This document shows positions 61,203-64,000 of a stretch of 64,000 nucleotides of DNA, piece by piece. A program made the position numbers and the translations under genes. The stretch spans positions 64,418 to 128,417 of the forward strand of contig JBFFKK010000001.1 of the NCBI GenBank assembly GCA_041555445.1, read 5' to 3'. Each line of letters opens with the position of its first letter. The stretch's first letter is position 1. The notes under the pieces are model-generated. The model saw only the letters and a program-made list of their open reading frames with translations. It was not told the origin of the DNA and ran no database searches. The DNA is from Sulfurimonadaceae bacterium (GTDB taxonomy: Bacteria > Campylobacterota > Campylobacteria > Campylobacterales > Sulfurimonadaceae).

Positions 61203-61877
61203 TCAATAGTTTTTCCAGGCCTCTTCTGAGACATCGGCATCGCGGTATTCGTAAAGCAGTTTTAGAAAATAGTCCCGATACACTTCGATAGCGCCTAACG
61301 ATTTAAGGTGCTCTGTCGGTACCTGGGCATCGACAAAGGCATAGCCCCACTCTTTAAGTTTCCCGATCAACACGGCAAATGCCACTTTCGAAGCATCGCT
61401 TTTTTCGGCAAACATAGACTCCCCGCAGAACACCGCGCCCACACTGATACCGTACAGTCCGCCGACCAGCTCACCTTCATAGTAGGCCTCGACCGAGTGG
61501 GCTTTTCCAAGCGCATGGAGCGCTGTCATCGCTTCGATCAGTTCGGGCTGCAGCCAGGTCCCGTTCTGTCCCGGACGGTGGATGCTGGAACATCGCTCAA
61601 GCACCTCTTCAAACGCGGTATCAAAACGGACCTCAAAATGTTTCATCCGTTTTTTCAGGGATTTGCGAAGTTTAAAATCATCCAGATGAAGTATAAGGCG
61701 GGGGTCCGGTGACCACCAGAGTATCGGGTCACCCTTGGCATACCAGGGAAAGATCCCCTCTCTGTAGGCCAAAAGAAGCCGAGAAGGGCTCAGGTCACCG
61801 CCGTAGGCAACGATACCATCCTCATTCGCTTCGTTGGGATGGGGAAAACGGAGAGTGTAATCCAGTTTTGTGATCAT
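61203..61877 (-). CDS. aat: leucyl/phenylalanyl-tRNA--protein transferase
   Basis: 224 aa with GIFPWY, PILWWSPDPR, GGLYG, GESMF and VDAQ. It overlaps the clpA stop by 4 nt. Confidence 0.9.
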   Translation of the reverse strand: MITKLDYTLRFPHPNEANEDGIVAYGGDLSPSRLLLAYREGIFPWYAKGDPILWWSPDPRLILHLDDFKLRKSLKKRMKHFEVRFDTAFEEVLERCSSIHRPGQNGTWLQPELIEAMTALHALGKAHSVEAYYEGELVGGLYGISVGAVFCGESMFAEKSDASKVAFAVLIGKLKEWGYAFVDAQVPTEHLKSLGAIEVYRDYFLKLLYEYRDADVSEEAWKNY

Positions 61878-64000
61878 TCACTGAAATCGAACGTCAACGT
61901 ATCCGTATAGTCAACCTTGACCTTACCGCCGTGTTTCAACGCACCGAACAGCATCTCGTCGGTCAGCTTGTCCTTGATCCGCTCCTGGATCACACGGCCG
62001 AGCGGACGGGCGCCCATAGCCACATCATAACCCATCTCAGCCAGATAGCCGCGCGCGCTTTCCGTAATCGCCACCTCTACTTTTTTCTTGGCAAGCTGCA
62101 CATTCAGCTCGGCGATAAACTTGTCGACAATGTTTTCAACGACTTCGATCTTGAGCGGCGCGAATTCGACAACGGCATCCAGTCTGTTTCTGAATTCCGG
62201 GGTAAAGAAGGCTTTGAGCTCTTCGCCCCGTGAGAGTGACTGATCGGCATTAAAGCCCATAACACTGGCTGCCTGCGCACCCACATTGGAGGTCATGATC
62301 AGAACGACGTTTTTAAAGTTGGCTTTGTAGCCGTTATTGTCCGTCAGCGTTGCACTGTCCATCACCTGCAGCAGGATATTGACCAGGTCGGGGTGCGCTT
62401 TTTCAATCTCATCCAAGAGCAAGACCGTGTATGGATGTTTGCGGATGACCTCTGTGAGCAGGCCCCCCTGTTCGTAACCGACATAACCCGGAGGCGCACC
62501 GACCAGGCGGGAAAGGGCATGTTTCTCCATGTATTCACTCATATCGAAACGCTCAAAGTGGATCCCCATCTCATCCGCAAGCGATTTGGCCAGTTCTGTT
62601 TTCCCCACACCGGTCGGTCCGGAGAAGAGGAATGAACCGATCGGTTTTTCACTCGGATTCAGCCCTGCGCGTGAGCGTTTGATCGCCTGTGCAACCTTCT
62701 CGACTGCCAGGTCCTGGCCAATGACACGTTTTTTAAGATCCGCTTCCAGACGCTCAAGTCGGCTCGTATCATCTTCGGTCATACGCGATGTCGGTACACC
62801 CGTGATCTTGGAGATCACTTTCTCGATGTCATGCGGTGTCACCGTATTGCGTTTTTTCTTGCTCAGATGGAACGAGGCCCCCGCTTCATCAATCAGGTCG
62901 ATGGCGACATCCGGCAAAAAGCGGTCGCTGATGTACTTCTTGGAGAGCTCAACAGCTGCCAGAAGTGCCTTGTCCGTGTACTTGAGATGATGATGCTGCT
63001 CATATTTCGGACGCAATCCTTTCAGGATAAGCACACTGTCTTTGAGCGACGGTTCGTCCACATCGATACGGGCAAAACGCCGGCTCAGCGCACGGTCTTT
63101 TTCAAAGGCATTGCGATACTCGGCGAAGGTGGTTGCACCCATGCATTTCAGCTCGCCCGAGGCGAGGGCCGGTTTGAGCTGGTTGGAGGCGTCCATACTG
63201 CCGCCGCTGACGGCACCCGCACCGACAAGGGTATGGATCTCATCAATAAACAAGATCGCATCCTTGGTCATTTTAAGCTCGTCGATAACACCCTTGAGAC
63301 GCTTCTCGAAATCGCCGCGGTATTTCGTTCCGGCAAGCATCGCAGAGAGGTCAAGCGCAAAAACCGGAGCGGCATGCAGAATCGCCGGTACGTCATCTTC
63401 GCTGATACGCAGTGCCAGCCCTTCGGCAATCGCCGTCTTACCGACACCCGGTTCACCGACAAGTAACGGATTGTTTTTCTTACGGCGGCAGAGCGTCTGC
63501 ACGACACGTTCGATCTCCTCTGTTCGACCGATCACCGGATCGATCTTGCCCTCTTTGGCCTTTGCCACAAGATTGATCGTGTATTTGTCGAGATAGCTCT
63601 CTGCCTCATCATCGGCTGTTGGCGCCGTCTCGATATCCTGATGCGAGATCACCTCCAGGACATCCACTCGCGAGATCTCCTGCGCCTCCAGCAGTGCGAT
63701 GGCAAAGGTGTGCTCTTCTTCGAACACGGCCGCCATCAAATCGCCTACATCCGCCTGCTCTTTCTGCGCACTTTGAATATGCTTGATCATCTTGTCGATC
63801 ATGCGCGAAAGGGCGACCGTCTCAAACGGCTCCTGATTGATATCTTCCGGCAAAGGCTGCATCGTCTCGCTCAAGTACGCCGCGGCGGCCGCTCGCATCG
63901 CCTCAACATCACCGCCGCACTCTTTGATGATAGCAATACCCTCTTTCGACCCGAGCAGCGCAAAAAAGACATGTTCTATTGTCAGATATTCATGCCGCTG
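61874..64000 (-). CDS. clpA: ATP-dependent Clp protease ATP-binding subunit ClpA (N-terminus beyond window edge)
   Basis: Two AAA+ modules (GEPGVGKTA; GPTGVGKTE), DEIH, and sensor motifs. The frame stays open upstream of the track start: 63899-64000 translates to ...HEYLTIEHVFFALLGSKEGIAIIKECGGDVEAMR, a ClpA N-domain. Confidence 0.95.
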   Translation of the reverse strand, partial: QRHEYLTIEHVFFALLGSKEGIAIIKECGGDVEAMRAAAAAYLSETMQPLPEDINQEPFETVALSRMIDKMIKHIQSAQKEQADVGDLMAAVFEEEHTFAIALLEAQEISRVDVLEVISHQDIETAPTADDEAESYLDKYTINLVAKAKEGKIDPVIGRTEEIERVVQTLCRRKKNNPLLVGEPGVGKTAIAEGLALRISEDDVPAILHAAPVFALDLSAMLAGTKYRGDFEKRLKGVIDELKMTKDAILFIDEIHTLVGAGAVSGGSMDASNQLKPALASGELKCMGATTFAEYRNAFEKDRALSRRFARIDVDEPSLKDSVLILKGLRPKYEQHHHLKYTDKALLAAVELSKKYISDRFLPDVAIDLIDEAGASFHLSKKKRNTVTPHDIEKVISKITGVPTSRMTEDDTSRLERLEADLKKRVIGQDLAVEKVAQAIKRSRAGLNPSEKPIGSFLFSGPTGVGKTELAKSLADEMGIHFERFDMSEYMEKHALSRLVGAPPGYVGYEQGGLLTEVIRKHPYTVLLLDEIEKAHPDLVNILLQVMDSATLTDNNGYKANFKNVVLIMTSNVGAQAASVMGFNADQSLSRGEELKAFFTPEFRNRLDAVVEFAPLKIEVVENIVDKFIAELNVQLAKKKVEVAITESARGYLAEMGYDVAMGARPLGRVIQERIKDKLTDEMLFGALKHGGKVKVDYTDTLTFDFSE

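Overview
This is a 64-kb chromosomal segment with about 70 protein-coding genes. I recognised no rRNA, tRNA, CRISPR array, integrase or transposase. On the minus strand the gene order is ctc-pth-lptF/G-lysA-HAD-pheA-hisC-[x]-dxs. From memory this matches Campylobacter jejuni Cj0311-Cj0321 and the Helicobacter pylori fliFGH-dxs arrangement, so the source is probably a Campylobacterota genome of roughly 50% GC (judged by eye, not computed). Left third (1-21.4 kb): a 7TM-transglutaminase/ATP-grasp pair; a response regulator and a Cache histidine kinase bracketing a SHOCT protein and three tandem outer-membrane-barrel paralogs; rmuC; a DEAD-box helicase; a dimeric dUTPase; and a tightly overlapping operon ovoA-ovoB-sirtuin-ADP-ribosylglycohydrolase-PNPOx-like. 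It also holds an AT-rich island encoding a triple-repeat lipoprotein. Middle (21.4-34 kb): a 680-bp ORF-free, repeat- and hairpin-rich spacer, then the conserved housekeeping block. In that block a small membrane-anchored FliG-like gene sits where fliF-fliG-fliH normally lie, and a transaldolase gene carries an in-frame TAG. Right part (about 34-61 kb): a roughly 27-kb type II PKS/FAS-like locus. It combines aryl-polyene hallmarks (MIO ammonia-lyase, AMP-ligase, KS/CLF pairs, free ACPs, KR, hot-dog dehydratases, LolA-like, MMPL exporter, acyltransferases, GT2) with DarA/DarB dialkylresorcinol genes, a WxWxIP flavin halogenase, an O-methyltransferase, an ABC-2 transporter and a BtrH-like protein. 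This is a flexirubin-like pigment locus and is the most notable system in the window. The window ends with aat and a partial clpA. All functional calls come from reading motifs in the translations. No database search was possible.
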